DNA of 61,495 nt, from positions 1-61,495 of the forward strand of contig JTLS01000005.1 of the NCBI GenBank assembly GCA_000826855.1, written 5' to 3'. The position numbers and the translations under genes were made by a program. The stretch comes from Basidioascus undulatus. Taxonomy: Eukaryota. Of this stretch, positions 25,625-39,100 are shown piece by piece. Positions within the stretch are counted from its first letter, which is position 1. The number at the start of each line of letters is the position of its first letter. The notes under the pieces were generated by a model. It saw only the letters and a program-made list of their open reading frames with translations, did no database searches and was not told where the DNA came from.

Positions 25625-26939
25625 TCATGCCTTCCTCCTCTTCTTCCGCCCTTCTGCCGCCTCCACCGCCGCCTGTACCTCCCCCACGCCATCCGGGCCC
25701 TCGGGTACGTACTCCTCCTCCTCCTCCGCGCCCGCCCGCGCGCCCTCCTCCTCCGCGTCCAAGTCCATCGCGCCCTCCCCGCGCTTCAAGCCCTTCATCT
25801 TGCGCGTCTGGAGCTGGCCGAGGTCCTGGCGCTCCATGTGAATGCGGCCGACCTTGTCGCCCATCTCATCCACCTCGACGTTCTTGACCTTCTTCCCCTG
25901 GCCCCTGCTCGGATCCTTCGCGCGCTTGAGCGCCGCCTTCATCCGCCCCTCGTCCGCGTCGACGTGCCGCCGAAGCTTGAAGTCAAGCGCGGGCCCGCAC
26001 TCGGTCAGCTCCACGCGCGGCGTGCGCTGCCCCGACTTGAGGAGCGAGATCGTGTAGACGCGGAAGTGGATGGCGGGGAGGGAGGACGTGGGCAGCTCGG
26101 TCGAGAGGAGGGTGGAGGATGTGGCCGGGAGCGGGGAGGTCGTGAGCGCAATGACGTGCGAGCACCCGTGCAGGGAGAAGGAGGCGAGGGGCGCGCCGAC
26201 GAAGAAGTCGAGGATCGTCGACTTGAATTGTTGATAGAGAGTGTGCGTGTCGAAGAGGTCGCCAGTGAACGTGAAGAACGGCTTCATCGCGACCGCCGGC
26301 TTCCCCGTCTGTCCCACCACCACCATCCATCCTTCGCCCCGATCAGCTCCTCATCCACCTATCCCTCCCTCCGCGCTAAACGAGCAGACGCACCGAGAAC
26401 TCCGTCATGCTCTTGGCGGACTCGATGCCTACCTCGAGCATGTCGAGAAGCTGACCGTCGAACATGCGGGCAAACACGAGGTCGTGCGGGCGCTTCTTGG
26501 AGTGGAGGCCGACGCAGAAGAGGGAGGCGTCGTTCTTGTCGGCCCAGAACTCGAGCGACGAGTGGTCCTCGAACGGATGGATGTCGTTCTTCTTGCTGAA
26601 CGCGATCCCGTCCGGCTTCTTGAGGGCGAGCTGGGGGAGGGGAGGTTTGGATTGGGGATAAGGGTATGGGGAATGGGGAGAGGGGAAGAAGGTGATTGAC
26701 GGGGACGCACAAGCTCAGCCAGGGCGGTCTGCACGACCTGGCTGGTCTGGTTGCCGCGGACAAAGATTGCCGTCTTTGGATTCTCGACAATCTTTGCCTC
26801 GCGCTCCTTGAGCGCGCGCTTCGACCGCGCGTTCTTGGGCTTCCTGCAGCCGCACCGCCACCGGACTGTCAGCGATCTTGCCTCTCCCCCCCCGCAGATA
26901 TCCAGCATTCGAATTCAGTACGGACACGGTGCGAAGCAT
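25625..26939 (-). CDS. RPF2: Ribosome biogenesis Brix-domain protein Rpf2
   Basis: MLRT|KPKNARSKRAL..ENPKTAIF; KKNDIHPFED..LEF..KNDASLF..HSKKRPH; PRVELTECGPALDF; LQTRKMKGLKR. Confidence 0.95.
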
Positions 26940-27330
26940 GATGAGCGGTTAGTGCAGCGGGGAGAGTGAGACGGGAGAAGGCAGTCGGCTCCTCGACCGC
27001 CTGGAGGTTCGCCGCCCAAATTCCTAGCGGCGTGGGAAACTTGGACCGTAACCTCGGCCAAGGGGAAGGTCGCGAGAAGACGCCCTCCGGCCCTGCTTGG
27101 CCATTTCCGACTCGCTCGCTGCAGCTGCTTTCGGTTGACATTCGTTTGGGAGCGCTGGAACAGTGTAAACAGGTGCGCATCTCATTCAGAGTTTTCAGAG
27201 GCAGGAGGAGGCGCGGGCTGACACGGCGCGGGTCGGGCAAGCAGTCTTCTCCCTCCCTGCTCGTCCGAGTGCCTTCTCTCTCCGACTTGCACAATCCCGG
27301 CGCTACTCCTCCTCCGACCATACTTGCGCC

Positions 27331-28069
27331 ATGTCGTTCCTCCCTTCCACCTCCCGCGCCGCCCTGCGCGCGCCCCTCACCCGCTCTTTCTCCTCCTCCC
27401 CCGCCTCGGCCTCCCAAATCGGCCGCGCCGCCATCGCCCTCCCCTCCTCCGTCACGCTCTCCCACCCGCCCACCACCCTCTCAGGGCCCTCCATCCCCGC
27501 CGGCCACCGCAACAACACCATCCTGACCGTCTCCGGCCCGCTGGGGGCACAGACGATCCCGATCAAGCCGTTCGTGCAGCTCGCGCACACGTCCGATGAG
27601 TTGCGCGTGACCATCGCGGACGCGGCGGTCAAGGCCCAGCGCGCGATGTGGGGGCTCACGCGCGCCCTCATCGCCAACGCCGTCGTGGGCGTCACGGAGG
27701 GGTACCGCCTCCCGCTGAGGCTCGTCGGCGTCGGGTACAGGGCCGCCGTAGAGGACGACGGCGCGGGCGGGAAGCGCATCAACCTCAAGGTCGGGAAGAG
27801 CCACCCCGTGCTCATCGCTATTCCGGAGGGCATCAAGGTCGAGACGCCCCTGCCGACGAGGATCGTGCTCAGCGGGGTGGACAAGGCGGCCATTGGCGGG
27901 TTCGCAGCGAAGATTCGGGCCGAGCGGAAACCCGAGCCGTACAACGGCAAGGTGCGTCGGGTGGGTTGGCTTGTCTGGCTGGATAAGCGCTGACTGGGCG
28001 TCACACCACGCACAGGGCATCTTTGTTGGGGATGAGACGATCAAGCGGAAGGATGTGAGGAAGAAGTAG
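27331..28069 (+). CDS. MRPL6: Mitochondrial ribosomal protein uL6m
   Basis: Presequence; SQIGR; RAMWGLTRALIANAVVGVTEGY..LVGVGYRA; RKPEPYNGK|GIFVGDETIKRK. Confidence 0.95.
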
Positions 28070-28214
28070 AGTGGAAGCGCAGGGCTGTATTTCGGGGTTT
28101 CTCGTTCATCGCATCGCATCGCAACACATCCTGTCGAGCTCGCATGTTTGCCTGCCTTAACACCCGCGCGTCCTCACTCCCTGCAACAAACATCTCACTC
28201 CCCAAAGCATTGCA

Positions 28215-29047
28215 TCACCCGCCCTTCTCCTTCACATTCTCCTCCTTCGCGCCCTCCTCAACGCCCATCAAGTGCACCGCCCACATCTGGCCCCTCCTCT
28301 CCGTATCCTTCCACCTCTTCGCCCTGCCCTCCGGCAATCCCAACTCCTGCTCCACCAATCCCACCAGCCGCTCCTGCGTCTCCACGGGCACCTTCCCCTT
28401 CCCCTTGCTGCCCGCGCTTGCCGTGAACACCACGCTCACGCGCCCGTGCCCTCCCCCGTTCTCCAGGACCTGCCGCGCCTTCTTGAGCTTGTGCGCAAGG
28501 TCGTGCGGCGCCACAGCCCACGTGAGTTGGATCTCCTTCTCCACGACTTTCGGCTTCGCGCTCGCCTTCGCCTTGCTCGCCTTTGCCTTGGCGAAGACGG
28601 CCGCCTTCGAGATGAGCTTCACGATCGGGTAGGGCTGCGCATCGGGCGCGACGAGCTGCAGGTAGTGCGTTGACCGGTCCACCTGCCGCAGGACGTCCCG
28701 CGGCGCGAAGGGGCCCGTGAGCGCGTTCGTCTGCGTGTCCACGAGCGAGACGAGAGGGAAGAGGGGGATGATGGCTGGCCGACCATCACCATCACCACAT
28801 CAGACATCCCAGTCCTTGGATTTCAGAAAGAAATACACAACACACCTTCATCTTTAGCGACCTTAGGCCCCCCCACATCCTTCTCCTTCCCAGCCCATCT
28901 CGGTGCGGCGCTCGCGAAGCTGCGCTGCGCGCCGGGGCCGGGGAAGACCGCGACCGCGGCTCGGCAGGCCGCGGCGGGAACGAGCGTTGGGGTCGCGGCG
29001 CGGAGGACGACGGAGCGTAGGATGCGCGTAGATAGGGATATGGACAT
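28215..29047 (-). CDS. Mitochondrial translation initiation factor 3 (IF3-like)
   Basis: Mitochondrial presequence; LQLVAP..PIVKL, Lys/Ala linker, KEIQLTWAVAPHDLAHKLKKARQVL..RVSV (IF3 C-domain pattern). Confidence 0.8.
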
Positions 29048-29191
29048 CAGAGGAGTGGGATGAGGTCAACTGGCGAAGCGAGAAGGCGGTTCGTTCGGCG
29101 TTGAGCCAGGCAGGGGCAGGGCTTTCGGGGAGAGTGAAATGACGAGTCAGCGTTGCAGGGTGTGTGCAGCTGCAGCGCCAATGTGTGTGTT

Positions 29192-29868
29192 TTATATCCT
29201 CGGAGCTACCGAACCTGCACGGTCAATGGGTAATATTGCTTTTAAATTGGGGTCGTTCAGAAAATATCTCAATTGGGCAAGGGTGGTGCTGAAGCGAAGG
29301 CCGGTACAACAGCCGTCCACAGCAGGCGAGTGTGCAGTTGCTTTCACCTCAACTCCACAGCTAGAGTTTTCACATAGAAGAAAAGCCTTAGAAGGGCAGC
29401 AGAAAGCATGCCAGTCCCATATCAATCTATGCAATCACATACATTCCACAGCTCCTGCAGCTCCCACAACACTCACCACAGCCATCGCAGCAACCGCTCA
29501 AGCAACTGCCACAGGCCTCACAGCACCTGTTCCAATCTGATCCCCCGTTACACCATACCCCATTTCCATCCCACCCCCGGGCGCATAGTAGCTGCTGGTG
29601 GCTATAGGCTGGTATATGCAGCCAGGGCAGTTCCACGCACTCCGCCTTCGCCGCAATGCCGGATCGCCACCAGCTATCGGCGGGTAGCCGCTGGTCACAA
29701 TTGCGAAGATGAGTAGGTGATGCCAGTTCGATGCACACCTCACTGCACGAGCGGGGCGGCACAGCGTTAGTGAAGGATTGAGAGGACGACGATGTAGATG
29801 GATATGGAAGTGACGTACCGGAAGGCATATGGTAGGTGTTGCTCTGGCAACTTCGTAATGGCTGACAT
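29192..29868 (-). other. Candidate small spliced gene or gene relic
   Basis: ATG at 29868 is in frame to a GTACGT donor; the intron has a CTAAC branch point and TGCAG acceptor; a second GTATGT donor lies near 29442. Product is ambiguous (Cys-rich versus Ala/Val-rich frame). Confidence 0.3.
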
Positions 29869-31134
29869 GATTCAGAGAAAGAGAAGGGTGAGGCAGATCA
29901 GGGCTGTTGGTCTAGGACAGTGTAAGTGTAGTGTGTTGAAGTGGTGGGTGTAGACGAGGATGAAGCAATCGGGGATGAGGCAGTGGTGAGAAAAGGAGAA
30001 CCGAAGTCTGCACATTTACCTGCTGAATGTTGTATCTTGGCAGACGCGCCACTGGAAAATGCCATCAGGAACGGCGAGATTTCAATGCAGCACAGCTCTC
30101 AGCTTTGGTAGGCACAGCTTTAACGCTTCCTTCCAGTGTGCAGTATTAGACTCGAGACTGCCATGCGCTGAGTGCTCAACGCTTGATCCCAAGTTCTTTT
30201 GAAAAGAGTATAATGTTCTTCCAGACAGTCGAGGCACAGGACAGAAGAAGGTGAAGGGAAGTGATTCGGAACACCTGCAGTGCATCGCGATCGGCTCAGG
30301 GCGGCGGCACAGATGCACTTTTGGGAACCAGAGCCCTTTCCACTCCCACTGCTGAACCATAGCCGTATTTGAAACGGCCTACGAGAGCCTGGGGGGTGCA
30401 GATCCTCAGTTGTCGAAGCCGATGCAGACTGTGACTCCAGGGCTGTCAGTCCTGGCAGAGCGCATCCCTCCGAATCGGAGGTCAAGCAGGCTCTGAAGCC
30501 CCTGACTGTTTCTGATTAACATTATCTCAGTTAAATGCTCATCTTTCTAAAGGCTGACAGCACACTCGACTTGCAGCACAGCCAAGGAGGGTGAACATTG
30601 GTGGACTCGGCACCTCAGCTCGTAGGGTCACAGACTTACCCGTTCTTCCTTGTTCATGGGGGGATTCGGTGCCCCAAGTTTTCTTTCGCTGAATGCTCAG
30701 AGTACAGAGTTCCATCCGTGGCATGGTACAGACCAGTCGCAAATGTTGGCTGGGCTGGGAGAAGTTTGCAGCCCAATAATTGCAGCAGTCATTTCTCTTA
30801 GTCTTCGCCGAAGTCCACCTAACGCTTCAGGTGCTTTCTACCCTCTGGACTCCATATTTTCTGAAATTACTCTCCGGATGACGGTTGCATTTCTCACTGT
30901 GGTGAGATTCAGCTGGGAGTGAAGTGAATGAAATCTCTGTGCCGAAAGATGTGGCCCCGATAGTCAAGCCATAGCAGCCTCGGCTACACGGCAACACGTC
31001 GCTCTTGACTGCCTTCTCCCTTTCCCATTCACCCTCCGCAGCTGCCAGCTCGGCCTCCTCCTTGTACATCCTACACAGTCTCCATATAACCCTCCGGACA
31101 GCAGATCTTACCACGCTGCTCTTTCCCACAGAAA

Positions 31135-32953
31135 ATGCGGCTCATCCCCTTCCTCGCCGCCCTCGCCTTACCGCTCCTCACGCTGGCTGCGGCTGCGCCA
31201 GGGCCAGAGGGGAACCGGGTGCTTGTCGTCCTGGACGAGGGCCAGGACGCTTTAGAGTTCTCAGAATTCTACGATTCCTTGAAAGGTCTGTTTAGTTCAC
31301 GCTTGGTGGGATTGGAGGTGCAGGCGAGATGAGGAGACTGATGCTGGGGCTGGGGGTCTACAGCTCGCGGATACAACATCACCGAGCGCAGACCTAAAGA
31401 GTCTTCACCCGAAATCTTCTCCTACGACGAACGCAAGTTCGACCACATCGTCTTCCTTTCCCCCTCCGCCAAATGTGGGCTACCCCTTCCCATCTCCACA
31501 CCCCGCCCGAAGCTGACCCCACGAGCCCCCACAACCAGCCTTCGCCCCCGACCTCTCCCCCCAATCGCTAGTCGAGCACCTCCGAAAGTCCGGCAACCTC
31601 CTTCTCACCTTCTCCCCGTATGTCTCCGAGCACTGGCGCGACTTCGCGCGCGAGTTCTCGCTCGAGCTCGAGCCGCGCGGGACGTCCCTCCTCTCCTCCT
31701 TCGACTCCGTCCCCTCCCTCTCCTCCCCCGCGCCGCACCAGGTGCTCGCGATCCCCCCTCCTGCGGGCCTGACGCGCACTCCCATCCTCTCCAACGTAAC
31801 GCTCAACAGCCCGCATCCGATCCTCTTCCGCGGCCAGGCGCATGCGGCAGAGACGCACCCGCTCCTCGTGCCCGTCCTGCATGCGCCCCGCGGCGCGTGG
31901 AGCTTCGAGCCCGAGAGCAAGGAGGGCGTGTCGGAGGCGGAGGACGCCGGGGACGAGGTCCTCAAGGGTTCGAGGGCCAAGCTCATCAGCGCGTTCCAGA
32001 CGCGCAACAACGCCCGGGTTGTCTTCGTTGGGAGCACGGACCTGTTCGGGGATGAGCTCACGAAGGCTGAGGGGATTGAGACGCTTTCGGGCAAGAAGTG
32101 AGTGCGCTGAGTCCAATATTTGAGGTGGAAGCTTGGAAGAGCGGGAAGGAGGCTCATGCTGGTTCTGCGGAGGGCAGGCACGACCGCAGCAGCAATGCCC
32201 TCCTTCGGGACGACCTCACCAAGTGGGCGTTCCAGGAGTCCGGCGTCGTTAAGGTCACGGACGTTAAGCACCACAAGGAGGGCGCGACGGAGGTGCTGGA
32301 CCGCTACCGGATCAAGGATGACATCGTGCGTCTTCGCTCTCTGCCCTTCACCTTCCTCCCTTCTCCCTGTCCTCATTCTCCAAACGAAACACTCAATCCC
32401 CCCCCCTTCCCTTGCCCTTTCCAACTCACTTTTCTTCGCCCGCCCGCAAACACAGGTGTACGAGATTGCGCTGTCCACGCGCGAAGGCGACAAGTGGGTG
32501 CCCTTCGTCGCGCACGACGTCCAGCTCGAGTTCACGATGCTCGACCCGCACGTGCGCACCACGCTCGTCCCCGCGCGGATCTCCGAGGACGGCACGAGCC
32601 AGGTGTACGAGGCGCACTTCCGCGTGCCCGACCGCCATGGCGTGTTCACTTTCCGCGTCAACTACAAGCGCGACGGGTGCGTTTGCCCTCAATCTCCCAT
32701 TCACCTTCTCTTTGAATGCACGCTGACTTTTACCGGCGTGTGGGAGGACAGCTTGACTTTCGTCGAAGAGAAGTCGCAAGTGTCCGTGACGCCGTTCCGT
32801 CACGACGAGTACCCCCGCTTCATTTCCGCTGCGTGGCCGTACTACGGCGGCGCGCTGAGCACCATCGCCGGGTTCTTGGTGTTTTCGGCGCTGTGGCTGG
32901 GGTCTCGGTTTGGGGACGAGGGGGCGAAGAAGAAGTGGAAGAAGGCCGAGTAA
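31135..32953 (+). CDS. WBP1: Oligosaccharyltransferase subunit Wbp1/OST48
   Basis: Signal peptide; RVLVVLD; FQTRNNARVVFVGSTDLF; WAFQESGV; DVQLEFTMLDPHVR; PDRHGVFTFRVNYKR; RHDEYPRFISAAWPYY; TM helix + KKAE ER-retrieval tail. Confidence 0.95.
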
Positions 32954-33075
32954 AGTGTGTGTTGCTGGATCATGGGGCCCACGTAGAAAAAGACATGCAC
33001 AGGTCCTACGGAGGATCACACACAGTCTTTGCGCTTGAATATGGCAAGCGGCAGGCGACATCGGGGCAGAGCGCT

Positions 33076-33972
33076 TCATACCCTGAACAAAGACAGCGTG
33101 CGAAAGACAGCATCGAACCTGGCCGCCAAGAACGCCGGCACTCCTCCGCTAGCTGACGCAGTCTGGACGATGCGCGCCAGCCCAGCAAGAACAACAGCGC
33201 TGAGCACGCCCGCGCCGACGCGCCAGACCCGCACGTCCCTCGCCTTCCCCGCAATGTCCCTCCGGCGCACGAGCACGCGCCGCCAACCCTCCGCGGCGTG
33301 CCACGCGCCGAGGCCCACCACGCCCGCATAGAGGAGCCAGTTTCGGACCGGCCATCGCGCTAGGCCATGCGCGACGAAGGTCGAGTAGTCCAGCTCGGAG
33401 GGTGAGAGCGCGCGGATGGGCGGGGCGCCCGAGGCGGGGATGAGCCGGTGCAGGAGGACGTGGGGCAGCGCGAAGGGCAGGAGGAGGTAGCCGGAGAGGG
33501 TGTGCGGGGAGGGGAGCTTGAATGAGAGGGTCTGGTGCGTGCGTCGCGAGGAGAGGAGGAGCGCGCGCTTTGCTAGGCCTGAGATGAGGTGTACGCCGAG
33601 CGAGCCGAACACTAGGACAGACTCGACGTAGGGCGCATGGTAGTATGCTCGCCCGACCAACTGCAGCGTTGCCCCGCGACCCCACGTCAGCTGTACTGCC
33701 CCACCCAGACCCGCAAGAGAGAGATCAGGACGCACCATCGCAGCGTCCGCGCCCTCTGCACCCGCCAGCGCACCCACAACCGGCGCAGCGAGGTGCACGG
33801 CGACGAAGGTCGAGAACGCCGCGCCGCTCGCGTCCTGTGCCCACCCGAGCCTGCGCACCCACGGTCCGATCGGGCGCCTCTGGCTCGCGGGCACGCGCCA
33901 GTCGAGCAACTCGGGGGTTGGCTCGGACGACGCGGACGTTGGCGAGCTCGGTCGGGAAGAGGAGGAGGACAT
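33076..33972 (-). CDS. Mitochondrial outer-membrane protein Mcp1 (DUF1691)-like
   Basis: QDASGAAFSTFVAVHLAAP; GRAYY..ESVLVFGSLGVH; SGYLLLP..HVLLHRLIP; one in-frame intron. Confidence 0.8.
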   Translation of the reverse strand: MSSSSSRPSSPTSASSEPTPELLDWRVPASQRRPIGPWVRRLGWAQDASGAAFSTFVAVHLAAPVVGALAGAEGADAAMVRPDLSLAGLGGAVQLTWGRGATLQLVGRAYYHAPYVESVLVFGSLGVHLISGLAKRALLLSSRRTHQTLSFKLPSPHTLSGYLLLPFALPHVLLHRLIPASGAPPIRALSPSELDYSTFVAHGLARWPVRNWLLYAGVVGLGAWHAAEGWRRVLVRRRDIAGKARDVRVWRVGAGVLSAVVLAGLARIVQTASASGGVPAFLAARFDAVFRTLSLFRV

Positions 33973-36140
33973 TATTGGGCGTGGCTGACTGGCTGACTGG
34001 CAGGCTGAGTCGGAAGCGGGGAGCGGGGGGGGAGGGGGGAAGGTGAGCTCAAGAAGCGAGCGTGTATTCGTAAGAGTGTGGGTTGTATAATCCAGTTTGT
34101 GTGTGGTAGAATGGAGGGACCCGAAGGGCCCTGGGGCGGGGGGTGAGTGGGAGCAAGCCAAGGTGTTCGCAGACTGGCGCACGCCCGTTTTCCCAGTTCC
34201 CGGGGGCGGGCGAAGCTGAGCGATCAAGCGGGAGGCGGGTCTGCTCGTTCCTGCAGTCTTGTCGATCACTTTTGTCGTTGCCCACACCCGCCGTCCTATT
34301 GTAGGGAACATTGTCTACAAATGACGGCAGTTAAAGTTGCCGTACTGTTTGCCTGGACAAGCAAACAACAGTCACTCAGCTCTCGCTGACAGACGTCTGA
34401 AACAGCTGACACTCCGACTCCCCGCATCTTCAACAAGGGGACCTTGCTTTCTCTTCCTACCGATTCCTGCCAAATCAAGTGCATTCTCTCTGCCCCATTT
34501 GATCCCATCAGAACATCTCCGCCGGATTGCGTCAATGCGGACACTAAACAGCCGGCCGTGGCAGTCCCCGTACTCACAGTACGTCTTCCCACTTTCCCAT
34601 TCGCGCTTTTCGCTCGGTAGAAACAGCTGATCGACTGACTGCACGAGCGATTCCTAAAAATCTTTATGAACCTATGTGTTTGGTGCCAAAGGTTCGACGA
34701 GGCCTCTGCTCTAAATACAGTTCTTTGCAGAGGATGGAGGATGGCTGCAAGCCTGCATTTCCTGCCATCGGTCTAGCCAAAGACTGTATACCACCACACT
34801 GCTATGTTAAAGAGCAGTATATGCCACAAGTAGATTCCCGAGAATCCTGCGCGCGCTGTTCACAGCGGACAAGATGTCACAGCCGGTGGACCTACAAATC
34901 GCCAACGCGGACCGACTCTTTCTAATGGTCTCAAGCAGGATTACCAGTTCTTCTTTGAGGAAAACTCATATTAACATATCAGAGTCTCTATTACATTCTG
35001 ATTTGGGACCCAGGGGGTGGGTGATATCGCAACGTTCGTGATGCGAGTTGTCTCACCGTGCACCGCGATGCGGTTCATGGTTTATTGTCGCCCTTTATTG
35101 ACCAGGAGGGGATTTGTACAGTGTTAAGCCGTTTAAGCGATGTAATTCACCTTCGCTCCTGCCATCTTCCTCCTGTGCTTCCCCCATTCCCTATGTCTGA
35201 TGGCAGACCGGGCTGTCGCTGCACCCTTCGAAAGACTGCTTGTGCTTGGAGGTAGGTGCCAAGTCCTACCTAATAAATCTGAATTTTGGCTTTGAAAAGC
35301 TTGGTTGAAGTAGCGAGCAGGTCAGCGGGTGGAAACTCGTGCTTTACAGTCGGCCAGCTGATTTACGATTGCGACGGGTTTTGTGTTTATCATGTGCAGG
35401 TTCGAGGGTCGAGTCTTTCTGGATTGAAATTTGATATACGTACATGCTTGAGGGCGGTCATTAAGCAGGCACCTATCGCCGTGCACAAGCAGTCAAGTGA
35501 AAAAAGGACCTGGCCCACGGGTTTACGGAGTGCCGAACGAACACTGCATGGACAGCTTTTGGGACAATTTGTGTGACATGATAAGCGTTAGAAAATACAC
35601 ATATGAAACGAGACATAACCCACGCTGGCATATGGTCACAGGAATTTCATCGTATGAACGTGTTGCCAGTCCAATTCTTACGGACTCATCAGCTGCAAGG
35701 CAACCTCTCATAGACCATTTAGCCTTCGGTGCTGAATTTTTATCGAAATATCATTAAGTAGGCACAGTGGCCCTGTGCTAGTTGGCCCCGGTCCAGCATG
35801 TACGAGAGCTTGGACCCAGCCTCAGACGGAGCCCGTGCCACTGAAGTCCCACTCCCCAAGCACCTGAATGCACTAGAAGCGAGCTGCTAAAGCAATGCAA
35901 TACAACGAGACGGGGTAAAGTACATTGGTGCAGTTGTATAATGCCTCGAAGGCAAGAATGCAAGAAAGTATACAGCGATGCGAATGTCGTATTAAAGGGT
36001 AATCGTTGTGTGTGAGTGGGGAATCAAGCAAGCGTTTGTCCAAGAAGTTCAGTGAAGCTAGACTACAAACCGTAGAAACGGCGCAGGGAAACATAAACAA
36101 AGTAGGGTCAGAAAGCATAGCGTTCGTCGTGCAGGATCCC

Positions 36141-39100
36141 TCAACGCCCCCCGCGCGACTTTGTCTTGCGCCCGCGGGCCTTGCCCAGCTCCTGCTTCTT
36201 GAGCTCCTGGAGGTTGTCCATGTTGAGGTCCGCACCGAGCCACTTGACGAACACGTTCGAGTGGCAGCTGCACCCGCCCTTGCCGCATGGCACGACCTCG
36301 GCCATCCGACACGGGAAGCTCGCGCCTGTACAGTAGCGACGCGTGTCATCAGAGAGGGGAGCGCGACGGGAGCTGCGAGGGAATACGAACGGGCTTCGAA
36401 GATCCTGCGGTCGACGTGTGGGTGGCGGAGGATGTACCTGAGACGGAGAGCGGGTCAGCTCCGGTGCAGGGAACGCTTGAACGTTGAGCTCACTCGTCAA
36501 GAGGCAGGAAGCCGCGTCGGCGGATGAGGAAGTCTGCGGGCAAGGCGACAGTCAGTCTTTGCGACATCCCATCGCATCTAAAAAGGTGGCTTACCGCTCA
36601 AGCGATACGTTTCCGGGCTCAGCCCCTGGGGCGTGACGACGAACAGATGCTGCAGGGGCGGGAGCATCGGCCCCAGCGACGGGTTCGCCTGGTGCTCCAC
36701 ATTGACCTGCGACCACTCAAAGCATTCGTCAGTAGCCGAAAGGTCGACGACGGACAAGGTCGGCGCACCTGCGTCCGCTCCTGGATGACCTTGGTCGCGA
36801 TCTTGCCGATGCAGAACGCCGCGCGGTCGTCCCCCTCCTGGCCCTCCTGCGGCATGCTGCACTCGATGAGCAGCGTGCCATTCTCCATGTCCCACTCGGC
36901 GAGCGCTGCGCCCCCTCTCAAGTCAATACGCATGCGCTCGGATTGCAGATGAAGGCGGGGAACACGCACTGAGGCCGACAAGCTCGCTTTGTGCTGGGAT
37001 GAGGACAGGTGTGACGCTGTCGATGGTCGGGAGGATAAGCAGCTGCCTGAGCAGGAAATATCAAGGTCGCATACCTGAGGTTCGGGAACAGCCGGTCTGA
37101 AGCCTCCTCCGCCGCGGGCGGGCTGCTCGGATGTGCAGCCGAATGCGAGCCCCTCTCCCTTCTACTCCGTACTCTCGCCCACGTCTTCGTCCGATCCAGC
37201 CAACCCCTCCTCAAGCATCAGTCTCCCTTCTCCGTTCCCCCGCTTCCCACTGCCGCGACTCACAAAGCACGCATACCGCCTCATCTTCCCCCCCGGCCGC
37301 TCCTCCCGCAGCATCTGCTCGCGCGTCGGCCAGGACGCGTCGAGCAGGTCGACGACGTCGGACCACTCGCGCAGGGGCATCAGGCCGGAGTCGTTCTCCA
37401 TGTTCTGGTTGGCGGAAGGCGGATAAGTTCACGTTTCCCTTGGGGTAGTGAGGGACGAGGAGAGCGCACGTACGTCCGGCACCGCGAGACGCGATAGCAG
37501 CCGCTGTGTCCAGTACGTCTTGCATAGCGCGAGGATAGCGGTCTGCTCCTTCTCTGAGCCGAGCTCCTGCAGGACACGCACCCACCAGCTACATCAGCCT
37601 TGCCCGGCGCCCCAGCGCAGCGCTACCACTCTATCGCCTACATGCGGTACCCGCTTGACGCCAAGCTCCATCTCCGTGCTCCCGATACTGCATCCCAGTG
37701 TAAGCTGTGTATCAGTACTCCTACTCAACGATACGTTCAGAAGCCAGACGCACCGGACATGCGACAAGCTGCACGTCTTCCGCCCGTCCACGAACAGCTG
37801 TTTTGCGCGCCACTTTCCGATTCCGATGCGCCCGCCACCACCGCCGCCACAGTCCGAGCAGCGCTGATACCGTCCCCAGCACTTGAGGCAGATGTACTGG
37901 TCCCCGTTCCCACCATGCCCCTCGCCATGTTAGCCCGCACAGGGACGGGGTTGGGTGCGAAAAGGGGTACGCACCTCGATCTGGAACGTGATCGGACTCC
38001 GCCCATCGAGCGAAACTGCCCCGCCGGAGCCCTGCTCCCGCCCGCACACGTCGCAGCAGACAAAGTCCGAGTCGTCCCCCCGCCCGCGTTTGCGAGTCCC
38101 GGACGGCGCGGCGTGCAGCTGGGCTGGTGCGCAGTCATTGCAGAGATAGTGTATCTGTGATGAGATCAATTCGAAGCGTCAGTCAGTGATTCTCGCAGCC
38201 AAGGAAATGGACCCCGGTACGCACCTTGTACTCGATGTTAAAGTCGTCCGGCTCGCCGCGGAGAAAGAGCTTGGCCATTGCCTTCCCGCAGTTCGCGCAC
38301 GCGCAGTCCACCTCGACCGCCTGCTTCTTGGCCTTCTTCTTCACAACAGCCGCCCCAGCCCCGGCGCTCGCCCCCGCCGCGGGACCGCCCGCAGCGACCG
38401 TGGAGTGCTCGCTCGGCTGCGGGCTGGGTGGGTTGTGCTGCGACGGGAACGGGCCGTCGATGTGGTAGTTGTTGTACATCGAGTCCGTCAAGGGCGGGCG
38501 GCCGGGCTGGGTAAAGTCGAACTGCTCGAGGAGGGAATCGAGGTTGGAGAAGTCAGGTGGAGCGGGGGTAGCGTCGGATGGAGCGGGGGCGTAGGGCGAG
38601 GCGGAGGATTTGGAAGGGTCGAGGACGGCGCGGGCGGCGGGCCCGATGACGTTGGAGAGGGGCGAGGAGGGTAGGTAGCTCTGCGCGAGGACGGGGGAGG
38701 TCGACACGGGTTGGGTGTATGGTGTCGGGTAGGCGCCTTGTACAGCGCCTTGCGGCTGAGCGAACTGCGATTGTTGCGCCTGCTGCTGCTGCTGATGTTG
38801 TTGCCCATTCGTTGGCGGTCCCTCCGGCCCTGGACCACCGCTCCATCTCCTCTCCGCGGCCGCGGCCGCGTCGAGCCTCGCAAGCTCGAGCGCGGCCTCC
38901 CTCTCCCTCCTATGCTCCTCGGCGATGCGCAGATCAAGCGTCTTGGCCTGTGCCGCCTCGCGCATGATCTGGAGGATCATCGCGAGCTGCTCAGTCGACG
39001 CGCCTGCCGGCCCGCCGGGGGGCTGGAGCATCTGCGCGAGCTGCACATGGGGCACGATCTGCGAGGGGATGCCGAGTGCATCGAAGTCGACGTTGAACGC

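Noticed and set aside
25625..29047. RPF2, MRPL6 and mitochondrial IF3 side by side as a translation cluster
   Set aside because: Housekeeping genes from different compartments; chance adjacency cannot be excluded.
34300..36000. Lower-GC 1.7-kb stretch with short ORFs, possible transposon relic
   Set aside because: No transposase or reverse-transcriptase motifs, terminal repeats or target-site duplications were seen.
38778..38802. CAG/CTG triplet runs (also near 39178)
   Set aside because: Ordinary poly-Gln coding tracts, not a repeat array or CRISPR.
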